Shown here piece after piece: positions 11,201-17,904 of a DNA stretch of 64,000 bases (the stretch's first letter is position 1; each line of letters begins with the position of its first letter). The stretch comes from an uncultured Holosporaceae bacterium (GTDB taxonomy: Bacteria > Pseudomonadota > Alphaproteobacteria > UBA3830 > CASESI01). The DNA is taken from NCBI GenBank assembly GCA_949290705.1, contig CASESI010000014.1, positions 37,802 to 101,801 on the forward strand, written 5' to 3'. The position numbers were made by a program, and so were the translations under genes. The notes beneath the pieces were generated by a model. That model had not been told where the DNA came from and did not search any database. It was given only the letters and a program-made list of their open reading frames with translations.

Positions 11201-11626
11201 ACCATAATACAATTTCAATCCATCTTCCAATGAATTACGCATTTTTTTAGCTTTGAGTATACGATTATTTATTTTTTTAATTTCCTCTATATCTTTTTTA
11301 GGAATCAAAAACTTGTAATTTTGTTGTAATGCGGAATTATCATCTATATTTGCATTTCGATGAGAAACAATATTTTCATTTTTTGTTGTTATTTTGTTGG
11401 GTAATATTTTTATATTCTTTATATCATAATGCTTGAGATTAATTGTATATCTATATTTGTACTTCTGGTTATGTATTCTCCTGATTTTTTTATGAATTCT
11501 TTTTATCAAGTACTTTGTTTTAACTATCAAATCCTGTAATTGTTTTTTTTCAAAATCGAACGATTGTGTATATGCTGGACGAATTAGCATTAAAACTACT
11601 AGAATTATTACAGATATACACTTCAT
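2267..11626 (-). CDS. giant (3119 aa) secreted/surface coiled-coil repeat protein, function unknown
   Basis: Uninterrupted 9.36-kb ORF. N-terminus MKCISVIILVVLMLIRPAYTQ is signal-peptide-like. Long K/E/N/Q-rich heptad-like tracts, internal repeats and Gly/Ala hydrophobic segments. No catalytic motif recognised. Confidence 0.8.
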   Translation of the reverse strand: MKCISVIILVVLMLIRPAYTQSFDFEKKQLQDLIVKTKYLIKRIHKKIRRIHNQKYKYRYTINLKHYDIKNIKILPNKITTKNENIVSHRNANIDDNSALQQNYKFLIPKKDIEEIKKINNRILKAKKMRNSLEDGLKLYYGDDWRKKIYQNKEHVKNLQALLNIEYKNAQRIKVFLISNMIDNKNARNYYTIRYSKLLHDVELSRQQLDLALNEEQRNVGKIRYLQAVLKNRKYDVETFEQNFTSMVINNDPLGTTATEISKIQQRINQLNKEKSEIQKQIEDEQNKENPNQNKLEELNERLQNTKSEIVKNEATLTEIQNTGVIQENNDNADLESERKKELITKLNEAVEKEDIVRNDLVSTVIQDPNNDGKIDAAKQKFDEAKSEREKVADEVKKQYNDPFNNHNEGDSSQNNIPADSQNVNNPLDIFKKNLNFGKESPQETLNGSSKNDRPQNTSIPNSSGTESGYVNGNAKGSLTGTNGSKSIFDKAKEALSGLFRTKTSQKRLSQKLDDITPNNSKGQQGRGPNIIDKFATHSSSIPQSSTPKSESWLQGIKNFFSGGRGDTNSRQRTRQQKKLQKLEDQLKIFKVQEQIKEVQKKLKDQKTEVTPTVINAPEQENPKRETQYNDVAEQILQEKANQLDHDTSDTQNQAEAPYEEKADGPIVTTYKMSKVNNPFVTMDSKITTLDDIVDSNLEDIGVLQNDLDDLNNLKRRIMELESLLKNITDPSEREELQKDIDTAKRIYEDKESALKNKHGVSSGADVGEALTEKIDKKQGVVDKAVIAKAGIVGGPAAEQSARESIAKRDEENDKQKKKNLKDEIKRCEAIISNPKASNAERTKAIENKSRAELEKVKLNLKDKKAKIDSIKSELSNPDTTNERKQILLFDLENAIKEYNKLAEQYGQEPIQNTLAEEKIINDAGNSVKGLEEKSSPKDTESSTNSKTIDGNNQRSNTPVLLKDVEQEITAKAEMEKTQEEIDTKKKEIAETRAEQGRIESDINRSKSKIADIESDMKKLSNLEKRIMDCDTSNKSGQKKLLELTKQQMALQGTLAEKYSCDPSDLKNEMKSQLKVEKNNQKKLQNQRRTTSKTLNQLEQELSDMTTAQMAAVRTNSKVTKSTTHDQQEPITSHQIETNDTSKSNPTEIQEQESSDKQQKKRIVSLSDVEEEAKSTEKEDSKSNSSKVTLDDVEKTASEKSSKWDTVKEKLSNAGSAISTAAINVGAGISNAASSTKNFVTNNASTIATATGIAATVVAGAAVAGGVAAVASNWDDIKEKANDVKDAIGDNVSDIKSSIGEKITTVKDIVGGKVSDIKDSFTEKANSVKDVISDKVDDIKENVSESVNNVKEKLSDIKDNISDKVNDVKESISDKVEAAKNTVNNIKDIVSDKVNTVKEALSPIANAVKTVASSTAGLAGATLGLAGTAIATGSNLLASGADALNDKLSGNTNNTNAEELKNTSNNNVGGALLNLAGSALGLTGTAMAAGSGLFANITDGLSDKINALTNKINGTEVVNNDMLNPNTISSNMHNASGSNVKLGSKEIAQNADNIKQQLTETAKSILANKELTGRLEFQTDSKGNRINVAALLGTVAAGGVLSAADIDILNDPKIKSAIEVLENEYNVLGLVGKGIADVLNEGTKTVNDIKSEIETKAFLNSSSMDDSAKYKGQLKSIDFTIDGKTISMFDIVSKIADGSATPEEMKALASNNEALKIINQLDFNSGTNVGNFINNAFSKNGIEPSEEIYKAPTITENVGDNIVNKDGIQEEKVNIVEKDVSKVIKQYSDKADKILNTSVIGDCLKEIDKTQPEGVKITDLLTRISNGEKILQTEINVVIKDPGVINSIKDMEKLYGVSVIGLLTEYASKYDLVEPAKHATLANEKITLTEDYKTFGDISLKNILTCIEEGRVSDINPEHLQKLLDGTSNGLKSKVQEIEVKYDVKIIDALEQASSKLLEEKISNAKNTAVSISKSEIQEKLKEENTKIQSRNNEILDQYNKKVEEQKSVLKNVSGSINNILENHADLFDSVGYSSANKSALEDLSSMLDKLQRETDQDKREKLTSELHSFMEENHNLLVAVNQEFPGTVNMTLIKMNSTFEKEPILEQLKTEDEIEKEIRENSSPYDLNITVGKLNDDKVQIGVQESTLNDTKELLSAINDDKELTHQQEEKLKNLLSNKSELKVIEHSTGSAIIDHLENKYNQVKKLESEKQEFYKHINEIKEKETESTNSINKSFGYGKNGNQLFEKIKNIDFESSNRVNIKNLMEKIANSETVTKKEVDMILSDKELVEKIKNVEKEENVKIIDKLEKSVNNGVNYSISAKAKNINDKLTIEMSNSYFGGIDVKDIISKIENGEFSKINHDDLKILLTPASEGGLKDQLSAVEKELNINITDVIENANGIKISEKVEEFKTEKSKYQSLMKNDTEESSKHLERLENSPYNTQNILDKLSVEPKVNSYSENTKRMIEENNETKSRNKVKKKEYENAKDLQKKFVKSTVINLQSISEDTNNFTKDESSKLSEIVDALKELNDNGDIDDAKGKIGEFITTSPELVEKVEAIYGDKLGFENLYSNLNEIKEPEYEELHQIENLQSEGYDKDLLETKEKIKDIFEAEHSGKELSEEQKDFVKDLYQNNRELITEIENKYDVKIGDYFSYINSRIDENWNSKNINEANNSKPREAKFIDTTKKSIENISNQAKTLVTHEFTHDALKSLEKKYPTKISISKVLDKIKNGEEISKEVVNNIFADSTITSEMHNIENKTGVKILDMISEYASEYTTKPIRESAKSDLIKVSDGALHVYIGDTKIKDLLSDIASGNDISKYKEYIEELNSNEAKQKGLQLLETECGIDIKSKLEFVSNEIKTKELHVLHNNVQSAISSINKTAIDELLNSDHADINISKEEAVSVAEALNAIENGESLEKYKEAIRPLYESGRLESLDEKLGLPISECMKYVSMVDENTYRGNKVIVSEQIGMSDLVGKEKISRNDMLNRKENGIQENSSHPINNMITQFTDYINEKMELLNNKMKEVDKKIATFEEMKNSMQQEEIHTAEKDGGHTNIAVNEEEIKDERIPTEEAILGKEHKVDIHFEEKNGSSHEAARHGFKTNVKTQTFSQAS
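7430..7810 (-). repeat. about 12 tandem 33-nt (11-aa) coding repeats inside the giant gene
   Basis: Protein reads DDIKEKANDVK DAIGDNVSDIK SSIGEKITTVK DIVGGKVSDIK DSFTEKANSVK DVISDKVDDIK ENVSESVNNVK and so on. The DNA shows a recurring ttatcagaNat...tccttaatat pattern. Confidence 0.8.
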
Positions 11627-11771
11627 CTGAAAAATCTTTATTAAACAACTTTAAGAAATTATATGTACATTTTATTAACATAAAGCTAATTAATACTATT
11701 TTTTACGAAATTATTATTTCAGTAATTGATTTTACATCCAACAAAATGCTAAACTATGAATAGAGGGTTTT

Positions 11772-12239
11772 ATGAGTAAGGATGCTTCTTTTTTTAATAA
11801 TCCGTTTTTTCTTGGATTTGAACATTTGGAAAAATTACTTGAAAATGTAGCTAAGTCGTCAGATTCCTATCCACCTTACAACATAGAGGCACTTGGCGAT
11901 CATGGATTTAAAATTTCACTAGCAGTTGCTGGATTTGATATTGACGACCTATCAGTTGAACTTGAGGATAATAAATTAATTATCAAAGGGAAACAATCAA
12001 AGGACGAAGAGACAAAAGTTTACCTTTATAAAGGAATTGCAAAACGACAGTTCCAAAAACATTTTGTTCTTGCGGAGGGGGTCCAAATAGTTGGTGCTGA
12101 TTTTGATAAAGGACTTTTGAATATTCATCTTTTAAAACCAAAATCCAATGTGAATAGTAAGAAGATTGCCATTACCGATTTATCCAAATCTGATTCTGTG
12201 GCAAAGAAAGCTTTAACTTATGATATCGAGATTCAATAA
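11772..12239 (+). CDS. ibpA: small heat-shock protein (Hsp20/alpha-crystallin family)
   Basis: YPPYNIEALGDHGFKISLAVAGFDIDDLSVELEDNKLIIKGK is the classic IbpA/Hsp20 core. GAGGG Shine-Dalgarno upstream. Confidence 0.85.
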   Translation: MSKDASFFNNPFFLGFEHLEKLLENVAKSSDSYPPYNIEALGDHGFKISLAVAGFDIDDLSVELEDNKLIIKGKQSKDEETKVYLYKGIAKRQFQKHFVLAEGVQIVGADFDKGLLNIHLLKPKSNVNSKKIAITDLSKSDSVAKKALTYDIEIQ

Positions 12240-12478
12240 TGGTGTGTATGTTTCGTAGAAGATTTTTGAATACTGTAACTGACAAAAAATTTAAAAAATT
12301 ATCACGGTCGGATTTCAGGTTGCTCGGGGAAATGGAAGTTGCATACGTAAAACAGATAACAGAAGATGGTTTTTTAATTCACTCCGCAGACGGCACACCG
12401 ATAGGATTCAGTGATAGTCGTGACTTGGCTGAACTTGCAATAAAAGAAAATGATTTAATGGTTGTAAATTTACAATAA
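12239..12478 (+). CDS. DUF1150-like small protein
   Basis: TAATG-coupled to the hsp20 gene. VAYVKQI...FLIHSADGTPIGFSDSRDLA resembles the small conserved partner found next to hsp20 in alphaproteobacteria (from memory of the family). Confidence 0.55.
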   Translation: MVCMFRRRFLNTVTDKKFKKLSRSDFRLLGEMEVAYVKQITEDGFLIHSADGTPIGFSDSRDLAELAIKENDLMVVNLQ

Positions 12479-12501
12479 GGAAATGAAAAAATATTTTTAA
12501 A

Positions 12502-14034
12502 TTAGTCTTGTCCTAGGAGAGGTTGTTTTTTGGCTGCTTTTGCTGCTTTTTTTGACGCTTTACGATTTTCCATTTCTTGTTTATATGCATTGGTTTCGTT
12601 TCTCCATTTTACCTGAGTGTTCCTGGTATCTTTATCTTTCATAATTTCATCAATAGTAGTTTCAGAGTTTTTATAATCTTCGCTATTAATGATTGTTTTA
12701 TACTTGTCCTCAGAAATTCTCATAACGTAAAATGCCTTTTCTTTCGTAGTACTTTGTACAATTGCAACTCCTTTACCGGTCAATTCATCACTAAAGAATG
12801 GAGTACATATAGGGTCATGCAATTTTGAATAAAACCAATTTTTTGTGCCTCTATGTTTTGCAACAGTTGTACCTTTTGCAATACCATTTATATCGTCAGT
12901 AAGTTCCCTGCTATCCCAACTTTTTTCTTGATACTTCGCACCCCATCCTTTCTTCCACTTTCCAAATAGAGAAGCTTTCATTATATAAAATCCAACTAAA
13001 TGATCTTTATCCTTTAACTCTTTATGATAGAAGTAAAATAATCCACTATGTGTCATTGCATTTGTAACTTTATCAAATAACCAATCTCCCACTTTGGTGT
13101 TATATACACCTAAATAATCCATATACCTTGGCTTGTAGACCTTTGTACCATAACCATTACCGGCATATTTACCCTTTATGTTATTCAATACAGCTAAGTC
13201 GTAAAGTTCTTCCCAGTCTCCGTCATTAAGTGGATTTTCTTTTTTATCCAAAAAACGTTCAATTCTCATACGAGCTTCTGCTTTACTTGTTGTACCATCT
13301 GCATAAACTCTATATGTTAACTTTTTCATTGTATCATTTGGTTTAACAAGAACAAAACTTATATCACCTCTACCGGTACCCTTATCGTACTTGGCAATAT
13401 TCGTCAGACCATTATGCGCATTGTTATACATATATAATTGTCCCAGATGTGCTTGTTCATAACCTTTCCAAAAGAAGTTTTTTATCCCAGACGTATAACT
13501 TTGAATCTTAATGACTGGATTGATAGTTACATATTGTCTAGAATGGGCGCTATAGAAGTTTTCTAATTTTTGAAGCAAATCTTTATTCTCTTGGACGTCT
13601 AAATCAATTCCGTATTTACTCAATAAATCGTTTATAACTTTTTGTAAATTTAATGCCAACTGTTTAGCATATGGTTTCATTCGCGTAGATAGCATGGTAT
13701 CAAGTGACTGCTCACTAGTTGAATTGGAACTATAACACGATCCTATTGTAATTTTATCTCCTTTTATATGATTTAAAATATCCTCTTCCATCATCTTATC
13801 AGTACGCAACAACGCCCTAATAATTTTTGTGGCATAATCCCCCTCATAATCAACACCATCATTTAAATTAATCAAGGCATTTCTCTTATCATCAATTTCC
13901 TTATTCGTGATTTTAATAACCCCATCGTATGTTTTTGCACCTGATTTCGTCACTTGATCACTTTTTGCTGACGCATAAGCATCAACAATGCCCATTCCGC
14001 CAAACATTAAACTTAATAAAATTAATTTTTTCAT
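12502..14034 (-). CDS. hypothetical secreted protein (510 aa)
   Basis: MKKLILLSLMFGGMGIVDAYA is signal-peptide-like. The body is W/Y/K-rich and the tail is Lys/Ala-rich (KASKKAAKAAKKQ). No family recognised. Confidence 0.6.
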   Translation of the reverse strand: MKKLILLSLMFGGMGIVDAYASAKSDQVTKSGAKTYDGVIKITNKEIDDKRNALINLNDGVDYEGDYATKIIRALLRTDKMMEEDILNHIKGDKITIGSCYSSNSTSEQSLDTMLSTRMKPYAKQLALNLQKVINDLLSKYGIDLDVQENKDLLQKLENFYSAHSRQYVTINPVIKIQSYTSGIKNFFWKGYEQAHLGQLYMYNNAHNGLTNIAKYDKGTGRGDISFVLVKPNDTMKKLTYRVYADGTTSKAEARMRIERFLDKKENPLNDGDWEELYDLAVLNNIKGKYAGNGYGTKVYKPRYMDYLGVYNTKVGDWLFDKVTNAMTHSGLFYFYHKELKDKDHLVGFYIMKASLFGKWKKGWGAKYQEKSWDSRELTDDINGIAKGTTVAKHRGTKNWFYSKLHDPICTPFFSDELTGKGVAIVQSTTKEKAFYVMRISEDKYKTIINSEDYKNSETTIDEIMKDKDTRNTQVKWRNETNAYKQEMENRKASKKAAKAAKKQPLLGQD

Positions 14035-14206
14035 GTCATTTTCTCCATTTTATGGTAAATTTATAGTAACAAAAAAAGGTTAATATTATGTTAATTTTCA
14101 ATATTTTTTATGTCATTTTGTAATATTTAGTATCTGCGAAAAAAAGCATCAACTTTACAATTCCTAATTTTTATAATAAAATCTCGTGGTTGATTTTTTG
14201 ATTCTG

Positions 14207-15490
14207 ATGAAAAAAATTGGGTTTATAGAAGTACTTGCTTTGGTTATTGGGAACATGATAGGCGCTGGATCATATATGATGCCTACTACACTCGCAAAAT
14301 ACGGATTTTATGCCGTTATAGGATGGGCTATTACGAGTATAGGAGCAATATTCCTAGCCGTATTATTTTCGAAAATGTTTGTCCTTGACCCAACTGAAGG
14401 AGGCCCATATATATATGCGCAGAAAAAATTTGGGAAATTTATCGGATTTCAAATGGCCCTTGGATATTGGCTTATGTGTCCAATTGGAAGTGCAAGCCTT
14501 GTTATAAGTATCATAAGTAATTTATGTGTATTCTTTCCGTCACTAGAAACGAATACTGTTTTGTCGGTACTAATAAGTATCTCCATAGTGGGATTATTTA
14601 CGTACATCAATTTAAAAGGAATTCATGATGCATTGTTTGTACAAGTACTTGTCACAATTTTAAAATTAGTTCCATTAATCGTGTTTTCTGTTTTTTCTAT
14701 TTTTTACTTTGATACAGGCAAGTTGTTTGCAAACAAAATATTGATTACAGACATATCTCCATGGAATGCTATCCTATCGAGTGCTTCAGTCACTATATGG
14801 ACATTTATCGGACTTGAATCCGCCACGATTCCAAATGGGATTAATACGAATATTATCACGAAAGCAACTATCATTGGTGTTACAATCACCGCTGTACTAT
14901 ACATTGTATCTTTAATAGGAATAATGTGTATAATGCCAAACCAAGTGCTATCGGAATCGTTCTCTCCATTTGGAGATAGCACCAGGACATTGTTCGGGGG
15001 ATTTTTAGGGAATGTAATAACAATAGGAAGTTTAATATGCTTTATAGGCTCTTTGAATGGGTGGATTTTAATTCAAGGACAAGTTGCATACCAAGCATCC
15101 TTAAGTGGATTATTTCCGAAAATTTTTCAAAAACATAACAAAAATGGAGCTCCGATATATGGAATCATGATAGGAAGCGTGATTATTATTGCTATGGTGT
15201 TATGGCAGCAATCAAATACACTATCAGAACAATTCGAACAAACAATCTTATTAGCATCATTTGCAACTTTAATCCCATATATATACTTCTGTGCAGCAGC
15301 ATACATTACGTTTTATTCATCAAAAATTCCAAATTACAACTGGATGTCAATTTCGATAATTGCATTCTTATTCAGTATTTGCGTGATGATAGGGGCAGGA
15401 AAAGATACTATAGCAATTGGCAGTGTAGTATTTTTGCTAATTTCCCCTTTGTACATTTTTGTAAGACAGACTAAAAAAAATATTAAATAA
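14207..15490 (+). CDS. APC-superfamily amino acid/polyamine antiporter (PotE/AdiC-like)
   Basis: Multi-pass hydrophobic protein with GNMIGAGSYMMP near the N-terminus. It is a clear paralogue of 50349..51656. ATG 14207 is preferred over the GTG at 14186 by alignment with the paralogue. Confidence 0.75.
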   Translation: MKKIGFIEVLALVIGNMIGAGSYMMPTTLAKYGFYAVIGWAITSIGAIFLAVLFSKMFVLDPTEGGPYIYAQKKFGKFIGFQMALGYWLMCPIGSASLVISIISNLCVFFPSLETNTVLSVLISISIVGLFTYINLKGIHDALFVQVLVTILKLVPLIVFSVFSIFYFDTGKLFANKILITDISPWNAILSSASVTIWTFIGLESATIPNGINTNIITKATIIGVTITAVLYIVSLIGIMCIMPNQVLSESFSPFGDSTRTLFGGFLGNVITIGSLICFIGSLNGWILIQGQVAYQASLSGLFPKIFQKHNKNGAPIYGIMIGSVIIIAMVLWQQSNTLSEQFEQTILLASFATLIPYIYFCAAAYITFYSSKIPNYNWMSISIIAFLFSICVMIGAGKDTIAIGSVVFLLISPLYIFVRQTKKNIK

Positions 15491-15714
15491 TTACCAAAAA
15501 TATTATAGCACCAATATTTTACTGTTTTATAGTCGTCAATTATAAATGAGCTTTTCATGATGTATATTTTTGGCTAAATATGTATTCATTCCTATTTTTT
15601 TATTAATGCTCTTAAAATTTTCTTAATAGTATCATAATTTTTTATAATCCTTTTTATAAAAAAACCTTGCCTTATAAAAATAATCTTGTTATCCTAATGT
15701 AAAAAGGAGTAAAG

Positions 15715-16530
15715 ATGTCTACTGACAATTTTAGAGATGATAATTTGGCTGAAGAAAAAATTGGTATTAAAAAAAATGTGATTACGCATTTAAAATATTT
15801 GAGAAAACGTAGCGCATTAACGCTTGAGAATTTATCACAGCTGACTGGAATATCAGTATCTTACCTTTCAAGACTTGAGTCCGGGGCAAGAAGGCTGAAT
15901 ACAGATTTGATCAAGAGGCTGTCGCAAGCGTTAGATTGTGATCCAGCTGAATTGTTACAAGATACTGTACATGATGAAAATGCTTTTGTTTCCTCAGCAG
16001 AAATAAGAAAAATTAGAACATTAAACTTTGCCCGTGAAAAAAATAGAAGAGAGGCAAGAACGGAGGTACGATTTGATTTGCCAATGTATGAACTGGAATC
16101 GTCAAATTCTGATTATCCAACGATTGATTTGGAGCAGAAAGCTGGATTCAGGAATAGACCTGTTGAATTAACTAATGAAAAGGATTCTATTTGTGTAATT
16201 TCTGATAAAAGTTTTGAGAATTTATTTCCAGAAGGAACTCATTTATTTTTAGTAAGTAAGAAGAATTATTCTCCTGAAACTACTGTTTTTATAATAACAA
16301 ATGATGATCGTGTAATGTTGAAAAAAATATGGAGTGTTACTCCTAACAGCATACAATGTTGTGATATTGATAAATTTGCAATGTTAAAAGGAAATGATAT
16401 TACTATTGCTTCTAACGCTGTAAATGGTGGTAACGTTGTTTCATTTGATAATTATTCAACAGGACTTATAGAAGTGAAGAATTCCGACGTTAAAAACATA
16501 TATCAACTAGTCGGATATATGATTCACTAA
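15715..16530 (+). CDS. XRE-family HTH regulator with LexA/CI-like (S24-like) C-terminal domain
   Basis: HTH LTLENLSQLTGISVSYLSRLESGARRLNTDLIKRLSQAL. The C-terminal part (ISDKSFENLFPEGTHLFLV ... DDRVMLKKIW) resembles the GDSMxP...K dyad region of S24 peptidases. AGGAG Shine-Dalgarno upstream. Confidence 0.6.
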   Translation: MSTDNFRDDNLAEEKIGIKKNVITHLKYLRKRSALTLENLSQLTGISVSYLSRLESGARRLNTDLIKRLSQALDCDPAELLQDTVHDENAFVSSAEIRKIRTLNFAREKNRREARTEVRFDLPMYELESSNSDYPTIDLEQKAGFRNRPVELTNEKDSICVISDKSFENLFPEGTHLFLVSKKNYSPETTVFIITNDDRVMLKKIWSVTPNSIQCCDIDKFAMLKGNDITIASNAVNGGNVVSFDNYSTGLIEVKNSDVKNIYQLVGYMIH

Positions 16531-16569
16531 TTTTTTTTCTTTTATCTATTTTGTTTTGGTTTTTACAGT

Positions 16570-17904
16570 ATGAGTGGGTTGTTTGTTAAAAATTATGGCT
16601 GCCAGATGAACGTGTATGATACGAACAAATTGTTAGATTTGTTATCATCATATAATTATAAAGAAACTCAAAGTATAAAAGAAGCTGGTTTAGTTATATT
16701 AAATACATGTCACGTGCGTGAAAAAGCTGTTACAAAGTTGTACTCCGATCTTGGAAGAATAAATATAATTAAGCAATCATATAATCCAAATATGCTTATT
16801 GCAGTGATAGGATGTGTAGCACAAATTCAGGGAAATGACCTAATAAAAAGATTTCCTTATGTAAATTTTGTACTTGGAACCCAAGCTATTCAGAATCTAC
16901 CTCAACTCATAAATGAATTAAAAGGAAAAACATCTAAAAAATTGCATTCTGTAGATACAAGATTTCTGACTGATGAAAAATTTAAAATATTGAACATTAA
17001 CACTTATGTTCATCAAAAAATTTCAGCATTCGTCACAATCCAAGAAGGTTGTGATAATTTTTGTACGTATTGCTCTGTTCCAAACTCCAGAGGAAGAGAA
17101 TATTCAAGGGATTTTCATCTTATAATTGATGAAATAAAATATTTGGCTGAACAAGGAATAAAAGAAATAATGCTCTTAGGCCAAAATGTTAATTCTTATA
17201 AATTTGTTTCTGATGCTAAAACTTACTATATAGAAGATATATTTTCTGAAATTGACAAGATCGGTGGGATAGAGAGAATACGGTATCTTTCTCCTAACCC
17301 ACAAGGAATGCGTGATGATCTGATTGAATCGTACAGAAGTATAAGAAAATTAATGCCATTTGTACACCTTCCTCTGCAATCAGGATCAAACCGCATTTTA
17401 AAAATGATGAATAGACCTTATACGACTGATGAATACTTAAAAATGGTAGAAAAATTTAGAAATGTAAGATCTGATATGATGTTCTCTACTGATTTGATTG
17501 TTGGATTCCCGTCTGAAACAAATGGTGACTTTGAAGATACAATTAACATGGTTAATATAATGCAGTATCCTAACGGATTCTATTTTAAGTACAGTCCAAG
17601 ACCTCATACTGTTGCGGCATCTATGCCTAACCAAATTGATGACAAAATCAAAAACCAACGCTTTCAAGAGCTACATGAATTAATGCTAAAGTACAAGGAA
17701 AAATCAAATTCATCCTTCATAGGGCAAGTTGTAAATGTTTTATTCGAAAATCATGGAAAATTTTTAAACCATATAACTGGAAAAAGTGAATATTTTCAAA
17801 ATGTATTTGTTAAAAATGGCAATGAAAATGATATAGGAAAAATAAAAAAAGTACGCATAAAATCCTTCAATGCATCTAACCTTGAGGGGGAGATTATCGA
17901 CTGA
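16570..17904 (+). CDS. miaB: tRNA-i6A37 methylthiotransferase
   Basis: N-terminal YGCQMNVYDT, radical-SAM motif EGCDNFCTYCSVP, and a C-terminal TRAM-like end. Confidence 0.85.
   Translation: MSGLFVKNYGCQMNVYDTNKLLDLLSSYNYKETQSIKEAGLVILNTCHVREKAVTKLYSDLGRINIIKQSYNPNMLIAVIGCVAQIQGNDLIKRFPYVNFVLGTQAIQNLPQLINELKGKTSKKLHSVDTRFLTDEKFKILNINTYVHQKISAFVTIQEGCDNFCTYCSVPNSRGREYSRDFHLIIDEIKYLAEQGIKEIMLLGQNVNSYKFVSDAKTYYIEDIFSEIDKIGGIERIRYLSPNPQGMRDDLIESYRSIRKLMPFVHLPLQSGSNRILKMMNRPYTTDEYLKMVEKFRNVRSDMMFSTDLIVGFPSETNGDFEDTINMVNIMQYPNGFYFKYSPRPHTVAASMPNQIDDKIKNQRFQELHELMLKYKEKSNSSFIGQVVNVLFENHGKFLNHITGKSEYFQNVFVKNGNENDIGKIKKVRIKSFNASNLEGEIID

Noticed and set aside
11627-11771. Possible ROSE-type RNA thermometer or sigma32 promoter upstream of the hsp20 gene.
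   Set aside because: I could not identify the ROSE hairpin pairing to the Shine-Dalgarno or a sigma32 consensus by eye. The region is simply AT-rich divergent-promoter DNA.
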